A stretch of DNA of 64,000 nucleotides from an uncultured candidate division Zixibacteria bacterium (GCA_963664195.1 OY760907.1:2496001-2560000); one strand, 5' to 3'; positions 18,629-28,728 are shown, numbered from the stretch's first letter. The notes: generated from the letters alone by a model not told the origin. Numbers and translations: made by a program.

Positions 18629-19729
18629 ATGGATCCTCGCGTACAGAAACTGGCCAAGCTGCTGGTCAATTACTCACTGAATCTGAAGAAGGGCAAGCTG
18701 CTGAAAATTCAGGGCGAAATCGTCTCGCTTCCGCTTATCAAGGCCTGCTACGAAGAAGCGTTGAATGTTGGTGCTTATCCGTATGTCAAAATCCTCACGC
18801 CGGAACTGGAAGAGATGTTCCTGAAGAAGGCCAAGAAGGCTCAGCTGGAATATATCTCTCCAATCACAAAACTGGAAGTTGGCAAGATGGATGCGTTGAT
18901 TTCCATCTGGGGATCGCAGAACACCAAACATCTCACTGGCGTCGATCCCAAAGCGCAAGCCGCACAGCGGTTGGCCGCCAAGCCGCTGATGACGAAACTG
19001 TTCAAGCGGATGGGCGACGGTTCGCTGACCTGGGTGGGGACACAGTTCCCGACTCATGCCGATGCTCAGCAGGCTGAGATGTCTTTGTCGGATTACGAGG
19101 ACTTTGTCTTTGGAGCTGGACACCTGCATCTGCCCGATCCGGTTAAGCACTGGAAGAAAATCGCCAAAGAACAGCTACGTCTGGTCAAGATTCTCAACAG
19201 GTTCGACCGGCTTCATATCAAATCGGCCGACACTGACCTCAAGATGCGCGTCAAGGGGCGCAAATGGATCAGCTGCCACGGTACCGAGAATTTCCCCGAT
19301 GGCGAAATCTTTACCGGGCCGATTGAGGATACTGTCGAGGGGCATATTCGCTACACCTACCCGTCAACCCACGACGGCCGTACGGTCGAAGATATCCGGC
19401 TGGAGTTCAAGAACGGCAAGGTCGTCAAAGAGAGCGCGGCCAAAAACGAAGACTATCTCCGGACCATGCTGAATATCGACAAGGGCGCCCGGTATGTGGG
19501 TGAATTCGCCATCGGCACCAACTATCAGGTGCAACAGGCCAGTGGCAATACGCTGTTCGACGAGAAGATAGGCGGGAGCTGCCATCTGGCGGTCGGCGCT
19601 TCGATCCCTGAGTCCCTTGGCGTCAACAAGAGTGCGATTCACTGGGATATGGTCTGCGATCTGAAGAAAAACAGCGAGATCGTTGCCGACGGCAAGGTGA
19701 TCTACAAAAACGGCAAGTTCAAGATCTGA
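18629..19729 (+). CDS. Aminopeptidase, M29 (AmpS/PepS type)
   Basis: NFPDGEIF, GEFAIG, LFDEK, HLAVG, SAIHWD. Confidence 0.93.
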   Translation: MDPRVQKLAKLLVNYSLNLKKGKLLKIQGEIVSLPLIKACYEEALNVGAYPYVKILTPELEEMFLKKAKKAQLEYISPITKLEVGKMDALISIWGSQNTKHLTGVDPKAQAAQRLAAKPLMTKLFKRMGDGSLTWVGTQFPTHADAQQAEMSLSDYEDFVFGAGHLHLPDPVKHWKKIAKEQLRLVKILNRFDRLHIKSADTDLKMRVKGRKWISCHGTENFPDGEIFTGPIEDTVEGHIRYTYPSTHDGRTVEDIRLEFKNGKVVKESAAKNEDYLRTMLNIDKGARYVGEFAIGTNYQVQQASGNTLFDEKIGGSCHLAVGASIPESLGVNKSAIHWDMVCDLKKNSEIVADGKVIYKNGKFKI

Positions 19730-19757
19730 CCCATCGATTCGGCGCTTAGATAAACAG

Positions 19758-19794
19758 AAAACCGGTCGCGACTTTCAAGCCACGACCGGTTTTT
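19758..19794. terminator. Bidirectional terminator
   Basis: AAAACCGGTCG...CGACCGGTTTTT between convergent genes. Confidence 0.75.
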
Positions 19795-19816
19795 ACTCGC
19801 GTTATTCTGACGATAT

Positions 19817-20305
19817 CTAATTCCAAGTGTACTCATAGTTGGGCGTCGTGACCAGTCTGAGGCCGACCACATTGCCGTCCTCGACGACTTCCTGAATCTG
19901 GTAGATAATGAACTGCTCGCCACCACTGCTCCAGCCCCCGGTGATGCTGCCCTGCGGGTTGTACATGATCCAGCCACCGTTGGTGCGATACGTCCATGTG
20001 CCGGACGGAGTGTTCGCCGGGTTGACGGACGACTGTTCGCCGTTGTAGTTTTTCGGGACATTGGCCAGGTCGTCAAACGGATTGTGGGCAGCAATAGGGT
20101 CACCGTCGATGTAAGAGCGCGAGGCTGCAATCGACATAGCCGATTCCAGTGAACTCACCATGTTGTTGACGGCAGCCACTTCTGCCTCGGCACGCACTTC
20201 AATGAATTTCGGGATCGCGACCGCTGAGAGGACTCCCAGCACTACGATCACGATGATAATTTCGACGAGAGTGAAACCGTCGTTCTTGTTTATCAGCTTC
20301 GTCAA
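19817..20305 (-). CDS. Type IV pilin-like protein
   Basis: Class III signal G/FTLVE-IIIVIVVLGVLSAVAIPKF; GGAGG RBS before TTG. Confidence 0.9.
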   Translation of the reverse strand: MTKLINKNDGFTLVEIIIVIVVLGVLSAVAIPKFIEVRAEAEVAAVNNMVSSLESAMSIAASRSYIDGDPIAAHNPFDDLANVPKNYNGEQSSVNPANTPSGTWTYRTNGGWIMYNPQGSITGGWSSGGEQFIIYQIQEVVEDGNVVGLRLVTTPNYEYTWN

Positions 20306-20338
20306 GATATCCTCCAGGGCATATAGATTTTACTGACA

Positions 20339-20365
20339 TTATCGGTCAAACGCTGTCAGACTTTA
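20339..20365 (-). promoter_or_regulatory. Sigma28 (FliA/WhiG)-type promoter TAAA-N15-ACCGATAA
   Basis: Exact consensus spacing, 33 nt upstream of the pilin start. Confidence 0.6.
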
Positions 20366-20425
20366 TCCATGATGGAGCGAATCCGGTCGAGAAACGACGG
20401 CGCATTATGCCCTTTTGGAATGTCT

Positions 20426-22192
20426 TCAGGGGCAGGCCGGCAGTGGAGCGAGGCCAATGAACAGATGGTCTATGAGCGTGGTGACGTCGGCCATGGTGAT
20501 GTCCAGAGACCCCGGACTGACGCCGCCGGATTGGTCGACGTCTGCTTCATCAACACAGTCCAGAGGATTGAGGGTGATAAACAGGTGGTCGATGAGGACT
20601 ATGAGGTCACCCATCGTGACGAGTTGATCAGCAGAACCGTCGATATTGCCCCGCGAAAGCCCGGTGCAGCAGCCGGAGTTGAAATTCCAATTAATAGCAG
20701 CCATGACGTCCGGGATGCCCCATCCGTACGTATTATTCGGGCTGGCGGCGTTGCTGGCCGAGAGCATGAGTGCCTCTCTGACCTGGGCCGGGGCCCAGTC
20801 CGGATGTGCCTGAATAACAAGACAGGCCACGCCCGCCACCAGCGGAGCGGCGGCCGATGTCCCGCTGAAGTTGCCGTAGTCTGTGTCGGTGAACGGCGAG
20901 GCGCACCTCGTCGCCGTGCCTCTGGCGCACAATTCCGGCTTGATTCGACCGTCGTATGTGGGACCGCGTGAGCTCGAGTAGGAGATGATGCCGTCGGCAT
21001 CCACGTTGCCCACGGCAAGTATGTCAAACGCATCAGCGGGCGATGTCAATGACCCCGCGCTCGCTCCACTGTTGCCGACTGAGTTGACCATGACGATTCC
21101 GAGGCCGTCGCAGGTGCTGGCCGCCGCCCCTATGATCGTCGTATGACCGTCGAGGTCTTCGTAGGTGTAATTGACGCCGCTGTCGAAAGTAGAATAGCCC
21201 AGTGATGTGGTGATGACATCCACCCCGATAGAATCGGAGAATTCCAGAGCGGCTACCCAGTTGTCTTCTTCGGCGTGCGTCTCAGTGGGAATGTCTTCCG
21301 TTTTGCACAGAATGATATTTGCCTGGTAGGCCGGACCAAAGAGATCGCCGTCGTCTTCGCCGGCTGCTACCGACCAGACCTTGGTGCCATGATCCCACTG
21401 CGCAGCAACATCGTTGCCTTCGTTGGAAGTGTTACCGTCGTCTTGAATGAAGTCCCACTCGGCGAGCACGCGTCCCGCGGCATAGTGATGTTCGAAAGCA
21501 CGGTGTGTCTTGCGATATCCGGAGTCCATGATTGCCAGCGTGACATTTCTTCCGGTGAATCCGGCAGAATGGGCATTGACGACGTTGAGTTGAGTTAGCT
21601 GGTGTAGTGACAGCCCGTAACTGCTGATCGGCACCGGGACCACCGGCTTAGTCTTGTCGGGTGCAGTCACAGGACGGCTGAATACCATCATCGGTTTGAT
21701 CTCGGCCACGAATGGCAGCGAGCCAACCGCGTCGAGTTTGTCGCTCGGGATATAGAACGTAGCGGCGTTGAGCCAGCGCGAGGAGCGGCGGTGAATTGCG
21801 CCGATCGCTTCGATTTCTCTTACGTAGATATCGTGCACCGGCAAATCTGCGAACACCACATTGGTGAGACCAACCTTGGCGCGCCTGTGCCGGGCACGTT
21901 CGGTCAACTGAACCGAAGCCGCTTTGGCCGCGAATCCGGCTTTGTCGCTAATGCCTTTGTCGGTGAACAGCACCCATGCCCGGACGGTATCGCCGTCGCG
22001 TGCAATGAGCTTTTCTCGGTCTTCATCATTAATGTAATCAGTCAGTTTCTGACGGCTGGCTGCTTCTGAGGTCAGGCTGTTGCAGGCCGGTCCCCGCTTA
22101 GAGGTGTAAGCTGCCAGAGAAACGGCACTGGCAACCAGAAGGAGAAGAGTGGCAATTGCCTGACGGATGAGGATAGTACGGATGGTGGTCAT
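20426..22192 (-). CDS. Secreted S8 subtilase with C-terminal dockerin-like domain
   Basis: Catalytic triad motifs AIMDSG, DHGT, GTSAAAP; signal peptide; tail CC..RGNIDG...GDLIVLIDHLF...ADVD...DVTTLIDHLF. Confidence 0.92.
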   Translation of the reverse strand: MTTIRTILIRQAIATLLLLVASAVSLAAYTSKRGPACNSLTSEAASRQKLTDYINDEDREKLIARDGDTVRAWVLFTDKGISDKAGFAAKAASVQLTERARHRRAKVGLTNVVFADLPVHDIYVREIEAIGAIHRRSSRWLNAATFYIPSDKLDAVGSLPFVAEIKPMMVFSRPVTAPDKTKPVVPVPISSYGLSLHQLTQLNVVNAHSAGFTGRNVTLAIMDSGYRKTHRAFEHHYAAGRVLAEWDFIQDDGNTSNEGNDVAAQWDHGTKVWSVAAGEDDGDLFGPAYQANIILCKTEDIPTETHAEEDNWVAALEFSDSIGVDVITTSLGYSTFDSGVNYTYEDLDGHTTIIGAAASTCDGLGIVMVNSVGNSGASAGSLTSPADAFDILAVGNVDADGIISYSSSRGPTYDGRIKPELCARGTATRCASPFTDTDYGNFSGTSAAAPLVAGVACLVIQAHPDWAPAQVREALMLSASNAASPNNTYGWGIPDVMAAINWNFNSGCCTGLSRGNIDGSADQLVTMGDLIVLIDHLFITLNPLDCVDEADVDQSGGVSPGSLDITMADVTTLIDHLFIGLAPLPACP

Positions 22193-22578
22193 TTGTGCCT
22201 CTCAGTTGGTCGGGAAACATCCCGCAGCAGCGAGCAACTTCCTACATAATAAGTAAACTTACAATCTTGCAGCGGACTGTCAACACTCAATCGCCCTTTG
22301 CCAATACTTATGGGACGAAGCCAACACATTTCTGTGTAACGCTCATGTTCGCCAAAGACCGCGTACGTTTTTGTAACACCCGGGCGTGCCTGTAAGTTCT
22401 TGTCGGACAGGCAGGACGTAAGCTGAGTCAAGAACTGGAGATATTTCCGGGGATCGGCACAGCGTATGCTGTTTTCCGGCCAGAAGGAGGCCCGGATGAT
22501 CGCCAGGAAAGGGTGAGTCTCTGTGGCCTTGTACCGGGACACGATATGTCCTGCACATGATTCGTACGGGTATGCGTT

Positions 22579-23085
22579 ATGACCAGGAAACTGCACAATC
22601 GACAGGGCTTCACACTGATCGAGTTGCTTATAACCGTCGTTATAATCGGATTGGTAGCGGCGCTGGCAATGCCGAATTTTACTAAGGCCTGGGAGCGCCA
22701 GAAGTTCCGTGGGGGCAACGGTGACTTGATTTCGAGGATCAAAACCGCCCGGTCCCACGCCATTTCCAGCAAAATCCCGTACGGTGTGTATATTGATTCG
22801 GATAGTAAGTCTTTCACCATATTCAAAGATGTTGCGAATCTGGGCGGTCGGACGTTTGATTCTGGCGATTCTGTGATCTCCGTGGATACCCTGCCATCCG
22901 AGTTTGAGATGATATATACCGACGTTGAAAACAGCGTAATCATGTTCAATGCAAACGGTTCGGCTGATTTTGGAGGATACGGCAGTATCGTCACCTACGG
23001 TTGCACGGAGCAGACAGTCAGTGTCTCCCAAATCATGGTCCTGGCTTCCACCGGCCGCGTGACGGCCAACTCCGACTATTACTAA
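22579..23085 (+). CDS. FimT/GspH-like minor pilin
   Basis: G/FTLIELLI prepilin motif; LISRIKTARSHAI; C-terminal STGRV. Confidence 0.88.
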   Translation: MTRKLHNRQGFTLIELLITVVIIGLVAALAMPNFTKAWERQKFRGGNGDLISRIKTARSHAISSKIPYGVYIDSDSKSFTIFKDVANLGGRTFDSGDSVISVDTLPSEFEMIYTDVENSVIMFNANGSADFGGYGSIVTYGCTEQTVSVSQIMVLASTGRVTANSDYY

Positions 23086-23125
23086 GAATACCCTTTCGGC
23101 ACCTACAAGAACCGAAATGCCGATG

Positions 23126-23152
23126 AAGCCCCTTCCCGACGGAAGGGGCTTT
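23126..23152 (+). terminator. Terminator-like hairpin
   Basis: AAGCCCCTTCC-CGAC-GGAAGGGGCTT. Confidence 0.65.
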
Positions 23153-23400
23153 GCGTTGTCTTTTCCGATCCCTTCCGTTCCTTTTGAGTAAAGAATTTGG
23201 CTCGAAAATCCGATACCTACCGTATTGGCAACCGAGCCACGGCATCCGGGCCATACCGACGAGTATTATTGAACGCCGCTATCGCCGGCACTTTTTTGAC
23301 CGGATGCCTTGATAACTCGGCCAGGTTGCCGATACACAACAATGGGATAATGACCGCACTTGTTGCAGAACGGTACAGAAGCGGAAAGAAAGAGTAACCT

Positions 23401-24453
23401 ATGTTCTTTTCAGGCAAACACAGAAGCACTGTCGGGCTGGACATCGGGGCCAGTTCGGTAAAATTGGTCAAGCTGGACCACGGCAAGGACGGTTACGCCG
23501 TCTCCGCTATCGGGATTCGGGAGTTGCCTCCGGAGGCAATCGTTGCCGATGAAATCCGGGACCGTGAGGCCGTCATCTTCAACATTCAATCCTTGATAGA
23601 TCAGACCGACCCGAAAATCAAAGACGTAGTCGTTTCCGTTTCCGGTCACAGTGTGATTACTGACAAGTTTACGATAGACAAGAAGACCGGCCCGGAAGCT
23701 GAACAGGCGATCCTGTTCGAGACCGAGCAGCGGGCACCGTTCGACGTCGAGGATGTGAGTCTCGACTATCACGTTATCAAGACCGACGACGACATCAACA
23801 AGATGCATGTCCTGCTGGTTGCCGCCCGGAAGGAATATCTGCGGTCTTATCTGGAATTGATCGAGGACTGCGGCCTTCGTCCGGTGGTTGTCGACGATGA
23901 CGCATTCGCAGTACTGAACGCCTACGAGGGCAATTACGATATGGACCCGACCCGCGTGACCGCGCTGGTGAATATCGGATACGACGTCACCAACATCACG
24001 TACGTTTCCGACGGGCTTTTCACTGCGACTCGTGACGTTTCCGCCGGAACGCGGGAAGTTTTCGATGCCGTCCAGAAAGAGTTCCGCCTGAACCATGAGT
24101 TGGCCGCAAAGGCACTCAAGGGAGAGATGTCCGATTCGATCGATCAGGACATGTTGAAAGCGACCATCGTTTCCGCTGCCGACGAATTGATCAGCGGTGT
24201 CGAGTTGGCTTTCTCCTATTTCAAATCGCAGACAAAGATAGAAAACATCGATTGGATTGTACTCTCCGGTGGTGGAGCGCTAGTACCGTACCTCCCGGAA
24301 TTCCTGCAGTCCAAGATCAGCATTCCTCTGGAGCTGGCAAACCCGCTTCGCAATATTGACTACGACCCGGAACTTTTCCAATACATTCAACCAGAGAAGA
24401 TCGCTCCCCTCCTGACGGTGTCGGTCGGACTGGCTATGCGGAAGGCTAAGTGA
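23401..24453 (+). CDS. pilM: Type IV pilus assembly protein PilM
   Basis: VGLDIGASSVKLV, VLLVAARK, VNIG, LSGGGA, ANP, VGLAMR. Confidence 0.95.
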   Translation: MFFSGKHRSTVGLDIGASSVKLVKLDHGKDGYAVSAIGIRELPPEAIVADEIRDREAVIFNIQSLIDQTDPKIKDVVVSVSGHSVITDKFTIDKKTGPEAEQAILFETEQRAPFDVEDVSLDYHVIKTDDDINKMHVLLVAARKEYLRSYLELIEDCGLRPVVVDDDAFAVLNAYEGNYDMDPTRVTALVNIGYDVTNITYVSDGLFTATRDVSAGTREVFDAVQKEFRLNHELAAKALKGEMSDSIDQDMLKATIVSAADELISGVELAFSYFKSQTKIENIDWIVLSGGGALVPYLPEFLQSKISIPLELANPLRNIDYDPELFQYIQPEKIAPLLTVSVGLAMRKAK

Positions 24454-24459
24454 GGCAAA

Positions 24460-25143
24460 ATGATAGAGATAAACTTACTACCGCAAGGTTACCGCAAGGG
24501 TGAGCGCGGCCTGTCACTGGGCAAAACGGGGGTGTATGCCCTGATCGGCATCGTCGGCATTGTGCTGGGACTGATCGGCGTCACGTTTTACCAGATGCAT
24601 CAGCTGTCCGCTCTCGAAGAGGCGATTGAGATCAACAACCATCGCGCAGCCACACTTCGCGCGGATATCCAGGTTGTTGATGCCCTTAATGATGTAAAGG
24701 CGAAGATTCAGCGACGCATGTCCGCAGTCGAACGCCTGGACCGTCACCGGTCCGCCTGGGTGCGCATCCTTGAAGATATGGGGCGCAATGTGCCCGAGTA
24801 TGTCTGGCTCTCGAAATTCACCGAGGCTGAGGTGGTGGCGGCGGAAACTGACACTGCCACTGCGACGCTCGACCGGGTCGAAACAGCACCCGTCAGGCCG
24901 ATAGAGTTGCGCGGCTATACGTTTACGCTGAATGCGCTCGCGGCGTTTATGATTCGTATGATGCGTTCTGACTATTTCGATCAGGTTGAGCTTGTTGACA
25001 GCAGGGACACCCTGTTTTCAGATGAGAAGGCATATACGTTCCAGCTCTCGGCCAACGTTCACTATCTCTCCGACGAAGAGCTGCAGAACATGATTGCACA
25101 GGCAGCCGGAGAGCCCGGAATCACGCACAAGAGTCTTAACTAG
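24460..25143 (+). CDS. pilN: Type IV pilus assembly protein PilN
   Basis: MIEINLLP motif, one TM, coiled coil, VPEYVWLS. Confidence 0.92.
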   Translation: MIEINLLPQGYRKGERGLSLGKTGVYALIGIVGIVLGLIGVTFYQMHQLSALEEAIEINNHRAATLRADIQVVDALNDVKAKIQRRMSAVERLDRHRSAWVRILEDMGRNVPEYVWLSKFTEAEVVAAETDTATATLDRVETAPVRPIELRGYTFTLNALAAFMIRMMRSDYFDQVELVDSRDTLFSDEKAYTFQLSANVHYLSDEELQNMIAQAAGEPGITHKSLN

Positions 25144-25156
25144 GGAAAGACGACTT

Positions 25157-25789
25157 ATGGATTTTAGAGACACAAAAACGCAGAAGATAGTGATCGGTGT
25201 CCTGGCTTTCTTCATCGTCGTCTATTTCTGGCACAGCCGGGTGTATTCCCGATATGATAACCAGATTTCGTTGAAAAACCAGGAACTCGAACTGGTCAAC
25301 ACCAATCTCCGCAACGTGGAGATGAAGGCCAAATCACTTGATGCCCTGAAGCTTGAGTATTCGGAACTCGTGGATCGATACCATGAGATCGAGTCCCTGC
25401 TTCCCGAAGTCAAGGCAGTGCCGTCGATACTGGTGCAATTGCACACGGCGTCGTCGCTCACTGGCACCCGAATCACCATGGTGCACCCGATGCCGATTGC
25501 GTCGGAAGAGTTCTATAATGTATCTGAGTATGAGATCGAGATGATCGGAACCTATCACGATGTCGGCAAATTCGTCAGCTATGTGGCGAACTTCCCGTTC
25601 ATCGCCAATGTCTCCGAAGTCAAGATGGAGGCCCAGGACGCGGCCATCCAGTCGGCGGAGAGCGCGGCTCTCGGGTCGGAACAACCGACTCAGGTGGTAG
25701 GCAAGAAAAAGGAAACTGTGACGGCCAGCTTCACTCTGTCGACCTATTTCGTCAAGGACGGGGAACGACTCGAGGAACTGTCACTCTAG
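25157..25789 (+). CDS. pilO: Type IV pilus assembly protein PilO
   Basis: TM + coiled coil, LLPE..VPSIL, GTYHDVGKFV; operon position. Confidence 0.9.
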   Translation: MDFRDTKTQKIVIGVLAFFIVVYFWHSRVYSRYDNQISLKNQELELVNTNLRNVEMKAKSLDALKLEYSELVDRYHEIESLLPEVKAVPSILVQLHTASSLTGTRITMVHPMPIASEEFYNVSEYEIEMIGTYHDVGKFVSYVANFPFIANVSEVKMEAQDAAIQSAESAALGSEQPTQVVGKKKETVTASFTLSTYFVKDGERLEELSL

Positions 25790-25803
25790 GAGACCGGTAA
25801 ATC

Positions 25804-27405
25804 ATGAAGAGATTCATTGTCACACTCGTTATTGGATTGCTCCTGATTGTCAGCCAGACTATGGCCGCCCAGGTGACGAATATCGATCTGAGTCATCAAG
25901 ACGGGACGACGTTTGTACGCGTCGATGTCTCCGGACAGGTGCGGTATACGCACGACACGGAGATACCGAAAAACGGCAAGCCCGACCGTATTATCCTGGA
26001 CATTTTGTCTGCGCGGCATGACCTCGGAGCGAAGAGCTTCCTTGAACTCCCGGCCTGTGGAGTGAAGGGGATTCGTACCTCGCAGTTCGCGGTCACACCG
26101 GAGGAAATCGTGCGCGTGGTCGTCGATCTTGACCAGTCGCCGATCTACCAGGTTGATTCTGACGACAAGTCGGTAACAATCCAGATTGCTGATAAGAACG
26201 CGCACGCGTTCAAGTCGTGGTCCACTGCTGCCTACCTGGCCGCTTCCAAGGCTAAACCGGCACAGAAGGCCCAGCCAGCGATGGCCAAAAAGGAAGCCCC
26301 GAAACAGGCCGCTCCGGCCATGGCTTCCAAGACCGTCAAGCAGCAGAACAAATCGATTGAAAGCGACCGTCAGTTGAGTCTGGCGGGCAAGGAACAGCCA
26401 AATGCCAAGGCGGCCCCGAAGAAGGAAGTCACTAAACCGGCCGCCAAGCAGTCTGTCGCTCCGCCGAAGAAAACTGTCGCCGCCAGGCCGGCCAACAGCA
26501 TGATCTTCGGCAAAGCGAAGTTGTCCACTCCGGACGATGCCCCCAAGGCACAGGCTCCGAAGAAGGCACCGGCAGTGAAAAAGGCCGACAAGCCGGTTCT
26601 GGCGAAAGCTGAAGTTCCGAAGAAGGCCGTGGAGCAGGCCGCACCGAAGGCTGCTCCCAAGAAGACATCGGCGGTGAAGAAGTCAGAGAAACCGGTATTG
26701 GCAAAAACCGAGGTACCGATAGCGGCTTCTAAGAAGGCAGCGCCTGCAAAGGCTCCGGTAGTGAAGAAAGCTGACAAGCCGGTTCTGGCGAAAGCCGAAG
26801 CACCGAAAGAGGCTGCCAAGGCGCAGACTCCATCCAAAGCTCCGGCCAAGGTTGCACCGCCCAAAGTGAAGCCGACTGAGGGACAGGTGGCGTTAGCCAA
26901 GAAGGTTGCGGGAGACAAACCCTCTTCGCAGAAGCCGATCAACGTGAAGGACACCAGGAAAGAGGCTGCGCCTGAAGAGAAGGCCGTTGCCGAGGCTCCG
27001 CAGCAGGACAAGCGCAGGTCCGCCTCGCGGTTCCGTCGCAAAGCCGGCGTGTCGGCTAAGATTGCAGGCACCATGGTTGCCGAGTTCCCGAAGCGACTGG
27101 TGATCAAGTACAATTCGAAGGGACATCGCGATCCGTTCGCGACCCTGATTGATGATACGCGCACGTACAACGTGCCGATTGAAAAGCGCGTGCCGAACGT
27201 GGAAGGCCTGAAACTGGTCGGTGTGATAGAATCCGAAGGTACCACGAACCGTGCGCTGTTTGAAGATAAAGAAGGCTACAGCTTTATGCTCAATACTGGA
27301 GATAAGGTTAAGAACGGCTACGTCCTCCGGGTCGAAAGTGACCGTGTCTACTTCCAGGTGTTTGAATACGGCTGGTCGCGCACAATTGCTCTGAAAATGG
27401 ATTGA
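25804..27405 (+). CDS. AMIN domain - Lys/Ala/Pro-rich linker - PilP-like domain protein
   Basis: N-terminal AMIN (PDRIILDI, VKGIRTSQF, VRVVVDL); C-terminal RDPF...LKLVGVI...RALFE...GDKV resembles PilP; sits between pilO and pilQ. Confidence 0.8.
   Translation: MKRFIVTLVIGLLLIVSQTMAAQVTNIDLSHQDGTTFVRVDVSGQVRYTHDTEIPKNGKPDRIILDILSARHDLGAKSFLELPACGVKGIRTSQFAVTPEEIVRVVVDLDQSPIYQVDSDDKSVTIQIADKNAHAFKSWSTAAYLAASKAKPAQKAQPAMAKKEAPKQAAPAMASKTVKQQNKSIESDRQLSLAGKEQPNAKAAPKKEVTKPAAKQSVAPPKKTVAARPANSMIFGKAKLSTPDDAPKAQAPKKAPAVKKADKPVLAKAEVPKKAVEQAAPKAAPKKTSAVKKSEKPVLAKTEVPIAASKKAAPAKAPVVKKADKPVLAKAEAPKEAAKAQTPSKAPAKVAPPKVKPTEGQVALAKKVAGDKPSSQKPINVKDTRKEAAPEEKAVAEAPQQDKRRSASRFRRKAGVSAKIAGTMVAEFPKRLVIKYNSKGHRDPFATLIDDTRTYNVPIEKRVPNVEGLKLVGVIESEGTTNRALFEDKEGYSFMLNTGDKVKNGYVLRVESDRVYFQVFEYGWSRTIALKMD
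26575..26812 (+). repeat. Three intragenic coding repeats VKK(A/S)(D/E)KPVLAK(A/T)E
   Basis: Copies start at 26575, 26674 and 26761. Confidence 0.85.
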
Positions 27406-27429
27406 CCTTTTTGAAAGGCTGGTACTGAT

Positions 27430-28728
27430 ATGTGGTGGAGAAACTCGAAAACATTTCCGTGGCTGCTGGGCTTGACCCTGAGCATAGTTCTCGTGGTCTC
27501 TGCGATGGCGCAGGATGCAGAGAAGGCTAAGGATCCCTCAACGCCGATTAAAAATCTGCAGTTTCAGGCTGCTGAAATTCGGTCCGTGCTGACCTTTCTT
27601 GCCGACTACGGCAAAGTCAATGTTGTGGTCGCGCCGGATGTGTCCGGTACGGTAACGATTCGTCTGCAGGATGTCCACTGGCGCACGGCCATGGATATCA
27701 TCGCTCGCACGTATGAACTCGCAGTCGTCGATGAGGATGGCGGCTACGTACGCGTGCTGCGTGCAGAAGCCTTCCGCAATGAGCGGGCCGATCAGGCCAA
27801 ACACGACGCTGCCCAGCGTCAACTCGTTGATTTGCAAACCAAGATCGTCAAAGTATCCAATTCCGTGGCCGAGGATCTGGTTGCCACAATCGAGTCCCTG
27901 ATGACCGAGCGTGGCAAGGCCAGTGCCGACCAGCGTTCCAACTCCCTGATTCTTCAGGAAGTCCCGGATCGGATGACGGCTCTCGTCGCCTACATTGAAG
28001 AACTCGACAAGCCGGCCAGACAGATCAAGATCTCTGCCCAATTGCTGGAGATTTCATCCACCGGTTTGGAAGAACTGGGTGTCAACTGGAGCGTCGCCGG
28101 TCAGTACACGACGGAATCGGGTCGTACCTACGACCAGTCCGGCCAGGTGATTGGTGATCGTTCCGATGCCGCCGATGTCTTTGGCCGGTACACGGTCAAC
28201 GTCGTGAATAACGACTGGACTGTCGACGGTATTGTTGAGGCGATCGTTTCGCAGGGTGACGGCAAGATTATTGCCCATCCGGAAATTACCACCGTGGAAA
28301 ACCAGGAAGCCCGAATTCAGATGGGGCAGAAGGTCCCGGTGAAGCAGTTTGATGAATCCGGCAACGTAGTGATCAAGTTTGAAGAGGTCGGTACGATACT
28401 GGTCTGCACGCCTCATATCACGGCTGAGAACCAGATTCTGATGTACCTCAAGCCCGAGCGGTCAACCTATCAGTACGACCCGAACGGCGTAATCATCAAC
28501 ACCAATAACGCTGAGACGAATGTCATCGTCAACAACGGTCAGACCGCGGTCATCGGTGGCCTGACAACTCAGGACGAAGTCGACTCAGAACTCGGTGTCC
28601 CCATCCTCAAGGACATCCCGATTTTCGGTCGTTTGTTCAAATTCACCCAGCATCGCACCGAAAACCGCGACCTGGTGATCTTCGTGACGCCGACTATCGT
28701 TGACTCCGATTTGGCTATGAACAACTGA
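27430..28728 (+). CDS. pilQ: Secretin PilQ (short, no AMIN domain)
   Basis: N0 domain (NLQFQAAEIRSVL), DQRSNSLI, LDKPARQIKI, GQTAVIGGL, GVPILKDIPIFGRLF, LVIFVTP. Confidence 0.92.
   Translation: MWWRNSKTFPWLLGLTLSIVLVVSAMAQDAEKAKDPSTPIKNLQFQAAEIRSVLTFLADYGKVNVVVAPDVSGTVTIRLQDVHWRTAMDIIARTYELAVVDEDGGYVRVLRAEAFRNERADQAKHDAAQRQLVDLQTKIVKVSNSVAEDLVATIESLMTERGKASADQRSNSLILQEVPDRMTALVAYIEELDKPARQIKISAQLLEISSTGLEELGVNWSVAGQYTTESGRTYDQSGQVIGDRSDAADVFGRYTVNVVNNDWTVDGIVEAIVSQGDGKIIAHPEITTVENQEARIQMGQKVPVKQFDESGNVVIKFEEVGTILVCTPHITAENQILMYLKPERSTYQYDPNGVIINTNNAETNVIVNNGQTAVIGGLTTQDEVDSELGVPILKDIPIFGRLFKFTQHRTENRDLVIFVTPTIVDSDLAMNN

Noticed and set aside
22392..22408. GTAAG(T/C)TCTTGTC motif shared with 35190-35204
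   Set aside because: Short, only two imperfect copies; resembles generic IHF-like intergenic motifs, so no function can be supported.
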